Assembly (NCBI GenBank): GCA_016190485.1
Contig: JACPQN010000018.1
Location: forward strand, 12,060-76,059
DNA: 64,000 nt
Direction: 5' to 3'
DNA from: Chloroflexota bacterium
GTDB taxonomy: Bacteria > Chloroflexota > Dehalococcoidia > SHYD01
Shown here: positions 9,672 to 18,439 of the stretch, in pieces
Layout: every line of letters begins with the position of its first letter
Numbering within the stretch: position 1 is the first letter of the stretch
Notes under the pieces: generated by a model
Databases searched by the model: none
The model's input: the letters and a program-made list of their open reading frames with translations, nothing else
Told to the model about the DNA's origin: nothing
Made by a program: the position numbers and the translations under genes

Positions 9672-9940
9672 AGCGCGTTTTTTCGCAAGTAAGTACTAGT
9701 GCCCGGAACCGGGGCTGTCATCCCCGTCAGAGGCGATCTGTGACTACCCTTTCCGGATGCCAACGGGGACCAGAGGTCGGCGTCGGCGATCGCGGGGCGA
9801 CGTCGGGACTAAACCTGCCATCGCCCGCAGCGTTATAGCATAGTGAGAAGCTGGGGGAGAGGAGGTGATGGAAACGACGCCCAGACATGAGAGGTAGTTC
9901 GCCGGAGTCGGAACAGGACTCGCGAGAAGAGGTTCACGCC

Positions 9941-10351
9941 ATGAAATATATGGTTCGCACCGGCCCGCTGTTCGGAGCAGCTTTACTCGCCTTCGTGCTT
10001 GGAGTGGCGAGCATGCCTGCGGCGGCCTTCGCCGCCCCGGGCGAGGAGACTACGGTCGTGGCCACCACTGCGGTCACCCGGTCCGTGGAGATCGGTGGTA
10101 TCCGCTACGTTCCCCGAAAGAGCCATAGGACTTCGGAGGCCCAAGAGAGCGCCTTCATAGGCATGGTGGAGACCGCTGCGGTCACCGCGCCTATCGAGAT
10201 CGGCGGCATCCTCTACGTGCCGCCCGGTGGCGAGGCCAACTTCAGCGTCGAGACATCGGTCTACATTGGTGTGGTGGAGACCACCGCTGTCACAGCACCC
10301 ATCGCGATCGGCGGCATCCTCTACGTGCCCCCAGGCTGGCAGGGCGAGTAG
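9941..10351 (+). CDS. secreted protein with three tandem ~37-aa repeats
   Basis: Signal peptide MKYMVRTGPLFGAALLAFVLGVASMPAAAFA|AP, then three copies of …VET(A/T)AVTAPI(E/A)IGGILYVPPG. The tracked ORF starts at 9887, but 9941 gives a canonical signal peptide. Confidence 0.65.
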   Translation: MKYMVRTGPLFGAALLAFVLGVASMPAAAFAAPGEETTVVATTAVTRSVEIGGIRYVPRKSHRTSEAQESAFIGMVETAAVTAPIEIGGILYVPPGGEANFSVETSVYIGVVETTAVTAPIAIGGILYVPPGWQGE

Positions 10352-10399
10352 CGCACCATCGGCTTAGGACATCGGCATAGCCAACCTCCTCACAACCCA

Positions 10400-10432
10400 G
10401 GAGAGGGGCCCAACAGTGTTGGGTCCCTCTCC
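10400..10432. terminator. strong stem-loop downstream of the repeat-protein gene (no T-tract)
   Basis: 15-bp stem GGAGAGGGGCCCAAC / GTTGGGTCCCTCTCC (one G-U), 3-nt loop. Confidence 0.35.
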
Positions 10433-10475
10433 GCGTGCCGGGGTACTACCCTGTTCCCAGCAACCACCCGCCCGA

Positions 10476-10505
10476 TTGACGGCCAGCGTCCCATGTCACT
10501 ATAGT
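10476..10505 (+). promoter_or_regulatory. sigma-70-type promoter candidate for argJ
   Basis: TTGACG, 18-nt spacer, TATAGT, about 50 nt upstream of the argJ ATG. AT-rich hexamers stand out in a GC-rich context. Confidence 0.45.
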
Positions 10506-10556
10506 GTGAAGGCGCGTTCGCATGAGGCGAAGGCGCGCTTGTTGCGGGAGTTGCGC

Positions 10557-11762
10557 ATGAAGACCATCGCCGAGGGCACCGTCGCCTCACCCCAGGGCTT
10601 CCTGGCCGGGGCCGTCTACGCCGGCATCAAAACCGCGGCTGAGGGCCAGCGGGACGTGGGCCTCCTCTTCTCCGAGTGGCCCTGCGCCGCAGCGGGGGTC
10701 TTCACCACCAACCGGTTCCGGGCCGCCCCGGTGCACTGGTGCCTGGAGCACGTGCGCAAAGGCCAGGCTCAGGCCGTTGTGGTGAACTCCGGCAACGCCA
10801 ACGCCGGCACCGGCGACGAGGGTTACCGGGACGCAGCCCAGATGGCCGCTCTGGCGGCCGAGCGCCTGGGCCTCCAGCCCCCGGACGTGCTGGTGGCCAG
10901 CACCGGGGTCATCGGCGTGCCCCTGCCCATGCAGAAGCTCCGGGAGGGCATCCGCAGCGTCCAGGTCTCCCGGGAAGGAGGCCACCAGTTCACCCGCTCT
11001 ATCATGACCACCGACACCTTTCCCAAGGAGATCGCGATAGAGGTGTCACTTGCGAGAGGGCGCGGCGTCATCGGCGGCGTGGCCAAGGGCGCGGGGATGA
11101 TCCACCCCAACATGGCCACCATGCTCTCCTTCGTGACCACGGACCTGGCCGTAGAGCCCGCCTTCCTCCAGGAGGCTCTGCGGGCTGCCGCCGACCTCTC
11201 CTTCAACATGATCACCGTGGACGGCGACACCAGCACCAACGACACCCTGCTGCTCCTGGCCAACGGCGCCGCCGGCAACCCCATGATCTACCACGGCGGC
11301 CCCGGCGCGGCGGAGTTCCAGGAAGCCCTGAACCACGCGTGCATCCACCTGGCCAAGGAGGTCGCCCGGGACGGCGAGGGCGCCACCAAGCTCATCGAGG
11401 TGCAGGTGCAGGGCGCCGCCAGCGTCCAGGACGCCCGCCTGGTGGCCCGCACCGTGGCCGGCTCCATGCTAGTCAAGGCGGCCATCTACGGCAACGACCC
11501 CAACTGGGGTCGCTTCCTCATGGCCGCGGGCCGCAGTGGCGCGGCGCTGGAGCAGGAGAAAGTGGACGTGTTACTGGGCGACGTGTACCTCATGAAGCAG
11601 GGGCAGCCTCAGGCCTTCGACCAGGAGGCGGCTCGGCTCTCTATCAGCCAGAAGGAGGTGGCCGTGCGGCTGCACCTCCACCTGGGCGACGGGCGGGCCA
11701 CCGGCTGGGGCTGCGACCTCACCGAGGAGTACGTCCGCTTCAACGCCGAGTACACGACGTAG
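10557..11762 (+). CDS. argJ: bifunctional glutamate N-acetyltransferase / amino-acid acetyltransferase
   Basis: …GFLAGAVYAGIK…VVNSGNANAGTG…MLSFVTTD (autoprocessing T)…GNDPNWGR…EYVRFNAEYTT. The tracked ORF begins at 10416; ATG at 10557 gives the normal N-terminus. Confidence 0.92.
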   Translation: MKTIAEGTVASPQGFLAGAVYAGIKTAAEGQRDVGLLFSEWPCAAAGVFTTNRFRAAPVHWCLEHVRKGQAQAVVVNSGNANAGTGDEGYRDAAQMAALAAERLGLQPPDVLVASTGVIGVPLPMQKLREGIRSVQVSREGGHQFTRSIMTTDTFPKEIAIEVSLARGRGVIGGVAKGAGMIHPNMATMLSFVTTDLAVEPAFLQEALRAAADLSFNMITVDGDTSTNDTLLLLANGAAGNPMIYHGGPGAAEFQEALNHACIHLAKEVARDGEGATKLIEVQVQGAASVQDARLVARTVAGSMLVKAAIYGNDPNWGRFLMAAGRSGAALEQEKVDVLLGDVYLMKQGQPQAFDQEAARLSISQKEVAVRLHLHLGDGRATGWGCDLTEEYVRFNAEYTT

Positions 11763-12009
11763 CGGGACGGCCGCTGCCACCCTGAGCGGTGGCGCAAGGT
11801 CTGCTAGCGTGGTATCCCTGAAGAACGCCAGGCAATGGTCGTGACGAGGAGCAGGGGCTTGGGGGTCGTGCAGGGGCGACGAAGGCAATCTGGCGGTGGG
11901 CAAGCACGGCTCCCCTCCACCCAGATTGCCACGGCCCTCGTACCTCGGGCCTCGCAAAGACTTCTGCCGATAACTTCTGAGACGGGACGTTAGGGTCGGA
12001 AGACAGACA

Positions 12010-12795
12010 ATGGCGCAGCAGCAGATGATCGTGGTCAAGATCGGGGGGAGCACCCTGGGCGCCCACGACACCACCCTGGAGGACCTGGTGGCCCTCCAGC
12101 GCCAGGGCACGGTGGTGATCGTGGTGCACGGCGGTGGCGCCGTCATCACCGAGTGGCTCAAGAAGCAGGGCGTGCCTACTCGCTTCGTGCGGGGCCTGCG
12201 GATCACCGATGGCGAGAGCCTGCAGGTGGTCACCGCGGTGCTCGCGGGCCTGGTGAACAAGGATCTGGTGGCCGGGCTCCAAGCCCTGGGCGGGCGCGCG
12301 GTGGGTATCAGCGGCATCGACGGTGGCCTCATTCAGGGCCGGGTGCAGGACCCGGAGCTGGGCTACGTGGGCGAGGTCACCTCCTTCGAGCCGGGGCCGC
12401 TGCCGGCGCTGCTGGCCGCCGGCTATATCCCCGTGGTCTCCACCCTGGGCTTCAATCCCGATGCCGTAGGCGGCGAGGGGCCGCTGACGCTGAACTTCAA
12501 CGCCGACACCGTGGCCGGCGAACTGGCCGCAGCCATGAACGCCGACAGGCTGATCTTCCTCACGGACGTGCCCGGCGTGCAGGATGGCACAGGCACGACG
12601 ATGGCCCGTCTCACTGCCGACGAGGCACGCGCGCTGGTGGAGAGGGGAACTGCCTCCGGCGGGATGATCCCCAAGCTGGAGGCGTGCCTGCGGGGCGCCG
12701 GGGCCGGCGTGGAGAGCTGGATCGTTGATGGCCGGACGGAGCACATGCTCCTTACTGCGCTCACACCGACCCCGGTGGGCACCAGAGTCGGGTAG
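12010..12795 (+). CDS. argB: acetylglutamate kinase
   Basis: …IVVKIGGSTL…VIVVHGGG…GLRITD…NADTVAGELAAA…GGMIPKLEA…. Confidence 0.92.
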   Translation: MAQQQMIVVKIGGSTLGAHDTTLEDLVALQRQGTVVIVVHGGGAVITEWLKKQGVPTRFVRGLRITDGESLQVVTAVLAGLVNKDLVAGLQALGGRAVGISGIDGGLIQGRVQDPELGYVGEVTSFEPGPLPALLAAGYIPVVSTLGFNPDAVGGEGPLTLNFNADTVAGELAAAMNADRLIFLTDVPGVQDGTGTTMARLTADEARALVERGTASGGMIPKLEACLRGAGAGVESWIVDGRTEHMLLTALTPTPVGTRVG

Positions 12796-12811
12796 CGGAA
12801 AGAGAATCTCC

Positions 12812-15637
12812 ATGTTCATCTTCTCCCTGTTCGACCGGCGCGAGGACCTGGGCCCACCCCCACCGCCCTTCCGCATGGGCGGTCCGGGGCAGCGGGGCGG
12901 CATCCAGGGATGGGTGGTCCTGCTGGGGTTGGTGCTCCTGGTGATGGTGGTGGGCGGCACCGCTCGGGAGGTCTACACCGAGCTCCTCTGGTTCGAGAGC
13001 GTGGGATACACCCAGGCCTACGTCACCACCCTGGTCACCCGGGCGGCCCTCTTCGGGCTGGGCGCGCTGGTCTTCTTCCTCTTCTTCATGGTCAACCTGT
13101 TCATCGCGCGGCGGGTCGCGCCGGCGCCGCCGGTGACGCAGCTTGGCGCAGAGGAGCAACGGCTGGCGGGCCGCATGGTCAACCTCACCCTCCTGGGGGT
13201 CGGCCTGTTCATCGCCTTCGTCTTTGGCTCCGTGGCCGCCGGCGAGTGGAGCCGCACCCTTCGCTTCCTGTACGCCGTCCCCTTCGGCATGACGGATCCG
13301 GTGTTCCAGCAGGATATCGGCTTCTATGTCTTCTCATTCCCCATCCAGCGCTTCCTCCAGATGTGGGGCACCGGGGCGCTGCTGGTCACGCTACTGGGCA
13401 CCCTGGTGGTCTACGGCGTCTCCCTGACCCTCCAGGGTCCGGGCGCCCGGCGCCGGGGCATCCGGGCCCACGTCTCCACCCTGGGGATGGGCGTCCTGCT
13501 GCTGCTGGCCTTCGGCTACTGGCTGGACCGCTACGACCTCCTCTACTCGGACACCGGCGCCGTCTTCGGCCCAGGGTACACCGACATCAACGTGCGCCTG
13601 CCGGTGCTGACCATCCTGACAGTGCTGGCGGCCGTCTCCGGGGTGCTGCTGGGGCTCAACATCTTCGGCCAGGGCATCCGGCTGCCCGCCCTGGGGATCG
13701 CCGCCTGGGCGCTGGTGGGCCTGGTCGGCGGCGGCATGTACCCGGAGTTCGTACAGCGCTTCCAGGTGGAGCCTAACGAGCTGGCCCGAGAGCGACCCTA
13801 CATCGAGAACAACATCCGCTTCACCCGCCAGGCCTTCGGGCTGGACCGGGTGGAGGAGGTGGCCTATCCCGGCGAAGACCAGCCCGCCGCCCGGGACATC
13901 GCCGCCAACCCCGAGACCATCAAAAACATCCGCCTGTGGGACCACGAGCCGCTGAAATCTACCTACGAGCAGATCCAGGCCATCCGCCGCTACTACGAGT
14001 TCCACGATGTGGACATCGACCGGTACCGCTTCGACGGCGAGTACCGCCAGGTGATGCTCTCGGCGCGAGAGTTGGCCCCGGACAAGCTGGCCCTGGCCGG
14101 CGAGTCGCCCACCTGGGTGAACCGCCGGCTCAAGTTCACCCACGGCTACGGCGTGGCCCTCAGCCCCGTCAACGAGATCAGCGCCGAGGGGCTGCCCACC
14201 CTCCTGGTCAAGAACCTTCCCCCGGTCAGCACGCCGCCCTACCCTGCCTTCGAGATCACCCGGCCGGAGGTCTACTTCGGAGAAAAGACCGGCGACTGGG
14301 TCATCGTCAACACCGAGGAGAACGAGCTGGATTTCGCTTCCGAGGTCGAGACCAAGTACACCCGGTATGCGGGGAAGGGCGGTGTGCTGCTGGACTCCTG
14401 GTTCAAGCGGGCCATCTTCGCCTGGCAAATGGCCGATCCCAACATCCTCCTCACCGCCCTGCGGGAGGAGAGTCGCATCCTCTACGTCCGGCAGGTCCAG
14501 GCGCGGGTGCGCCATATCGCCCCCTTCATGACCCTGGACCGCGACCCCTATCTGGTGATCTACCGCGGCCGCCTCCTGTACGTACAGGACGCCTACACCA
14601 CCACCAACCGCTACCCCTATGCAGAGCCCTACCGGCGGCAGTTTAACTACATCCGCAACAGCGTCAAGGCGGTGGTCGACGCGTATGACGGGACGGTGAA
14701 CTTCTACATCGCCGATCCCTCGGACCCCATTATCCGTACTTACGACCTCATCTTCCCCGGCCTGTTCAAGCCCCTTGAGGCCATGCCGGAGGAGCTGCAG
14801 GCGCACATGCGGTATCCGGAGGACCTCTTCAACACCCTGGCCGATATGTACCAGATCTACCATATGCAGGACCCGCAGGTCTTTTACAACAAGGAGGACG
14901 CCTACACCCGGCCCATCGAGGTCTACCTGGACAAAGAGAAGCCCATGGATGCGTACTACGTCATCATGCGCATGCCGGGCCAGGCCAAGGCCGAGTTCAT
15001 CCTGATCCTCCCCTTCACGCCGGTGAACAAGAACAACACCAACGCCTGGCTGGCAGGCCGCTCCGACGCGCCCAACTACGGCAAGCTCCTAGCCTTCAAG
15101 TTCCCCAGCGATCGCGTCATCTACGGGCCGCGACAGATCGAGTCCCGCATTGACCAGGACCCGACTATCTCGCCCCAGTTCTCCCTGTGGAACCAGAGCG
15201 GCTCCAAGGTGCTGCGAGGCAATCTCCTCTTCATCCCCATCGGGGAGTCCTACCTCTACGTGGAGCCGGTGTACCTCCAGTCGGAGCGCAGCAAGCTGCC
15301 GGAGCTGAAACGGGTGGTGGTGGCCGCGGGAAACCGCATCGCCATGGAGGCGACCCTGGAGGAGAGCCTGAACAAGATCTACGTTCCCCAGGTCACCCAG
15401 CCTCCACCCGCGGCCGCCCCTGCTCCCACGCCACCGGCCACGCCCCCGGGGGAGGCGCGCCCGCCGGCGCCACTCCCCGCCACGCCCCAGGATATAGCCG
15501 GCCTCTCCCGCCTGGCCCAGGAGCAGTTCACCCGCGCCCAGGAGCGCCTGAGAGCCGGCGACTGGGCGGGCTACGGCCAGGAGCAGCAGCAGTTGGAGCA
15601 AACGCTGAAGCGGCTGGCAGAGATGGCCCAGCGCTAG
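12812..15637 (+). CDS. UPF0182 family large membrane protein
   Basis: N-terminal multi-TM region plus the conserved C-terminal block …FILILPFTPVNKNNTNAWLAGRSDAPNYGKLLAFKFP…GPRQIESRIDQDP…LWNQSGSKVLRGNLLFIPIGESYLYVEPVYLQ. ATG at 12812 (the tracked ORF at 12725 overlaps the argB end). Confidence 0.85.
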   Translation: MFIFSLFDRREDLGPPPPPFRMGGPGQRGGIQGWVVLLGLVLLVMVVGGTAREVYTELLWFESVGYTQAYVTTLVTRAALFGLGALVFFLFFMVNLFIARRVAPAPPVTQLGAEEQRLAGRMVNLTLLGVGLFIAFVFGSVAAGEWSRTLRFLYAVPFGMTDPVFQQDIGFYVFSFPIQRFLQMWGTGALLVTLLGTLVVYGVSLTLQGPGARRRGIRAHVSTLGMGVLLLLAFGYWLDRYDLLYSDTGAVFGPGYTDINVRLPVLTILTVLAAVSGVLLGLNIFGQGIRLPALGIAAWALVGLVGGGMYPEFVQRFQVEPNELARERPYIENNIRFTRQAFGLDRVEEVAYPGEDQPAARDIAANPETIKNIRLWDHEPLKSTYEQIQAIRRYYEFHDVDIDRYRFDGEYRQVMLSARELAPDKLALAGESPTWVNRRLKFTHGYGVALSPVNEISAEGLPTLLVKNLPPVSTPPYPAFEITRPEVYFGEKTGDWVIVNTEENELDFASEVETKYTRYAGKGGVLLDSWFKRAIFAWQMADPNILLTALREESRILYVRQVQARVRHIAPFMTLDRDPYLVIYRGRLLYVQDAYTTTNRYPYAEPYRRQFNYIRNSVKAVVDAYDGTVNFYIADPSDPIIRTYDLIFPGLFKPLEAMPEELQAHMRYPEDLFNTLADMYQIYHMQDPQVFYNKEDAYTRPIEVYLDKEKPMDAYYVIMRMPGQAKAEFILILPFTPVNKNNTNAWLAGRSDAPNYGKLLAFKFPSDRVIYGPRQIESRIDQDPTISPQFSLWNQSGSKVLRGNLLFIPIGESYLYVEPVYLQSERSKLPELKRVVVAAGNRIAMEATLEESLNKIYVPQVTQPPPAAAPAPTPPATPPGEARPPAPLPATPQDIAGLSRLAQEQFTRAQERLRAGDWAGYGQEQQQLEQTLKRLAEMAQR

Positions 15638-15724
15638 CCGCCCAGCCTTCCTCCACACCGACGCAGCCTCCAGCGAGGGGCCTCACAGTATCTCCAATCC
15701 GCATTCCACAGAGGAGCACCTGCC

Positions 15725-16915
15725 ATGAGCACCTGGATCGAGCGAGAGAGCAACGTCTACATGCGGGCCGGCGGCCGCCGCCTCAAGGCCACCATCGTCC
15801 GGGGCGCCGGCGCCCGGGTGTGGGACGACGCCGGCAAGGAGTACCTGGACTTCATCGGCGGCTGGGCCGTCACTAACCTGGGCCACTGCCATCCCGCCAT
15901 CACCCAGGCCATCGTCCAGCAGGCCCAGACCCTCCTCACCACCAGCAACGACCTCTACACCATCCCCCAGGTCGAGCTGGCGGAGCTGCTGATCCAGCAG
16001 TCGTGCCTGGACCGCATCTTCTTCGCCAACAGCGGCGCCGAGGCCAACGAGGGCGCGGTGAAGCTGGTCCGCAAGTGGGGCAAAATCAACCGCAACGGCG
16101 CCTACGAGATCATCACCGCCCTCCACTCCTTCCATGGCCGCACCCTGAGCATGGTGCCCGCCACGGGCAAGCCCGAGGGTCGCGCCCCCTACGAGCCGGT
16201 GCCGGCCGGCTTCGTCAACGTGGAGTTCGACGACATCGCAGCCATCAAGGGGGCCACCACGGCCCAGACCGTCGCCGTGATGCTGGAGCCGGTCCAGGGC
16301 GAGGGCGGCGTGAACATCCCCAGCGACGACTATCTCCGCCAGGTGCGGGCCTGGTGTGACCAGCAGGGCCTGCTGCTCATCCTGGATGAGGTGCAGACCG
16401 GCTTCGGGCGGCTGGGCACCCTGTTCGGCTACCAGCAGTTCGGCGTCGAGCCGGACGTCATGACCCTGGCCAAGGGCTTGGGCGGCGGCGTGCCCATTGC
16501 CGCCCTCATGGCCAAGGAGCACGCCGCGGTCTTCCAGCCCGGCGACCATGGCAGCACCTTCGGCGGCAACCCCCTGGTGTGCGCGGCGGCCCTGGCCTCC
16601 ACCCGCTACATGGTCGAGCACAACATCCCCCAGCACGCCAGGAAGGTGGGCGACTACTTCCTGGGCCAGCTCCGCCGCCTGGAGGACACCTACGACATCG
16701 TCAAGGAGGTCCGGGGCCGGGGGATGCTGCTGGCCCTGGAGTTCCAGGAGAACTGCGCCATGGAGGTAGTCACAAACTGCCTCCAGAAGGGGCTGATCCT
16801 CAACCCCGTGGCCGACAACGCCATCCGCTTCATGCCGCCCCTCATCGTCACCGAGGCGGAGGTGGACGAGGCCGTGGGCATCCTGGACGCTGCGTTGAAG
16901 GATAAGACAGCGTAA
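15725..16915 (+). CDS. argD: acetylornithine aminotransferase
   Basis: Class-III aminotransferase: …DFIGGWAVTNLGHCHP…FANSGAEANE…ILDEVQTGFGRLG…TLAKGLGGG…GSTFGGNPL…. Confidence 0.9.
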   Translation: MSTWIERESNVYMRAGGRRLKATIVRGAGARVWDDAGKEYLDFIGGWAVTNLGHCHPAITQAIVQQAQTLLTTSNDLYTIPQVELAELLIQQSCLDRIFFANSGAEANEGAVKLVRKWGKINRNGAYEIITALHSFHGRTLSMVPATGKPEGRAPYEPVPAGFVNVEFDDIAAIKGATTAQTVAVMLEPVQGEGGVNIPSDDYLRQVRAWCDQQGLLLILDEVQTGFGRLGTLFGYQQFGVEPDVMTLAKGLGGGVPIAALMAKEHAAVFQPGDHGSTFGGNPLVCAAALASTRYMVEHNIPQHARKVGDYFLGQLRRLEDTYDIVKEVRGRGMLLALEFQENCAMEVVTNCLQKGLILNPVADNAIRFMPPLIVTEAEVDEAVGILDAALKDKTA

Positions 16916-17012
16916 CCTGGCCACCTCTCCCTCCGTTCCCACCGCAGAGCGCGCGGAGAAACAAACGGCGATCTCCTCCGCGCCCTCCGTGGTGAGCCAG
17001 CCCACATCCCTG

Positions 17013-17053
17013 CGGCGGAGCTCAGGACAAGCCCTTCGGCGGAGCTCAGGACA
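17013..17053. repeat. tandem copy of dispersed repeat core (CGGCGGAGCTCAGGACA x2, 24-bp period)
   Basis: 17013-17029 and 17037-17053 are identical 17-mers joined by AGCCCTT. Same CTCAGGACA / CCCTTCGGC words as the other copies. Confidence 0.65.
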
Positions 17054-17113
17054 GACTTTGCCAACGGCCGCTACCAGGTCGTTTTATTAAAGGGGGGCGC
17101 TCGCGCCTCTGGG

Positions 17114-17142
17114 TTGAGCCGCCCGCTCCACTTGTGTATAAT
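17114..17142 (+). promoter_or_regulatory. sigma-70-type promoter candidate for the CoA-transferase operon
   Basis: TTGAGC, 17-nt spacer, TATAAT (perfect -10), 33 nt upstream of the ATG at 17175. Confidence 0.45.
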
Positions 17143-17174
17143 CTCACAAGCACACACGGGGAAGAGATAAACCT

Positions 17175-18413
17175 ATGGATAGCGCTGCTCCCACTCCCAC
17201 GGCCTTAGACGACGTCCGGGTGCTGGACCTGGCAGGCGAGATCGGCGTCTACTGCGCCCGCCTCCTGGCAGACTTGGGAGCCGACGTGGTCCGCATCGAG
17301 CCGCCCGAGGGTGACCCCCTGCGGCGGCTTGGCCCCTTCTATCACGACGAGCCGGACGTCAACAAGGGTCTTCTGCACTTCATCATGAACACCAGCAAGC
17401 GGGGCATCACCCTGAACCTGGAGCACCCCGACGGCCAGGAGCTCTTCCGCCGGCTGGTGGCCACCGCCGACGTGGTGGTGGAGTCCTTCGAGCCGGGCTA
17501 CCTGGAAGAGCTGGGGCTGGGCTACGAGGAGCTGCGCGAGATCAACCCCAGGCTCATCATGACCTCCATCACCCCCTTCGGGCAGACGGGGCCGTACCGC
17601 CACCTGCGGGCCACCAACATCGTGGGGGATGCCCTGGGCGGCCTGATGTACGTCTCCGGCAACCCGGAGGACCCACCCCTCATGAGCGCAGCCAACCAGG
17701 GCTATTACCTGGCCGGCATGCAGGGCTCCGTGGCTACCCTCACTGCGCTCTTCCACCGGGACATGACCGGAGAGGGGCAGCACGCCGATATCTCTATGGA
17801 GGAGGCGGTGGCCCTCTCGGTCCAGCCCCAGGCCATGTTCTGGCCCGGGCGGCGGGAGAGCCCCGGCCGCTTCGGCTACGGCCAGCGCACCAGCAACGTG
17901 CCCATCTACGCCAGCAGCTTCTATCCGTGTAAGGACGGCTGGATCACCGGGCTGGGCACCCAGGCCCGCAACTGGCCGGATATGGTGGCCTGGCTCCAAG
18001 ACGAGGGCGTGGCCGAGGACCTGGGTGACCCACACTACCTGGAGGAGCAGGTGCGGGTGGCCAACGCCACCCACATTCAGGACATCCTGTCCCGCTTTGC
18101 CGCCTCCCGCACCATGGAAGAGCTGGCAAACGGTGGCCAGGGGCACCACCTGTTCCTCTTTCCCGCTTTCTCGGTGAAGGACATCGTCCACGACGTGCAC
18201 CTGAAGCAGCGGAACTTCTTCGTCAAAGTGCCACACCCGGAGCTGGATGAAGAGATCACCTATCCCGGCGCGCCCTACGGCCTCACGGAGACGCCCTGGC
18301 GCATCGCCCGGCGGGCGCCGCTGCTGGGGGAGCACAACCACGAGGTCTACGTCCAAGAGCTGGGCATTCCGCCGCAAAAGCTGGCGCTGCTCAGAACCGC
18401 CGGCGCCATTTAG
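17175..18413 (+). CDS. family III CoA-transferase (CaiB/BaiF family)
   Basis: …LDDVRVLDLAGEIGVYCARLLADLGADVVRIEPPEGDPLR… is a typical family-III N-terminus; length 412 aa. Confidence 0.9.
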   Translation: MDSAAPTPTALDDVRVLDLAGEIGVYCARLLADLGADVVRIEPPEGDPLRRLGPFYHDEPDVNKGLLHFIMNTSKRGITLNLEHPDGQELFRRLVATADVVVESFEPGYLEELGLGYEELREINPRLIMTSITPFGQTGPYRHLRATNIVGDALGGLMYVSGNPEDPPLMSAANQGYYLAGMQGSVATLTALFHRDMTGEGQHADISMEEAVALSVQPQAMFWPGRRESPGRFGYGQRTSNVPIYASSFYPCKDGWITGLGTQARNWPDMVAWLQDEGVAEDLGDPHYLEEQVRVANATHIQDILSRFAASRTMEELANGGQGHHLFLFPAFSVKDIVHDVHLKQRNFFVKVPHPELDEEITYPGAPYGLTETPWRIARRAPLLGEHNHEVYVQELGIPPQKLALLRTAGAI

Positions 18414-18439
18414 CCACCGCAGGGAGCGAGGGATACACC

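Noticed and set aside
9868-9897. 9-codon uORF (METTPRHER) behind a GGAGAGGAGG SD in the leader of the secreted repeat protein.
   Set aside because: It is very short, the SD-ATG spacing is only 2 nt, and there is no supporting attenuator structure. Noted but not callable from sequence alone.
9337-9940. 600 nt without a credible ORF, inspected for tRNA, riboswitch or sRNA features.
   Set aside because: I found only local hairpins and a dispersed-repeat copy, and no motif I could match to a known RNA family. It needs an Infernal/Rfam scan rather than eyeballing.
11966-11973. Exact GCCGATAA (enteric sigma-28 -10 consensus) 37 nt upstream of argB. GCCGATAT also occurs inside the UPF0182 gene (~14839) and the CoA-transferase gene (~17784), and GCCGATAGC inside fliP (32918).
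   Set aside because: There is no motility context and no -35, and three of the four are inside coding sequence. They are probably chance occurrences of the 7-8-mer, unlike the intergenic GCCGATAGT set.
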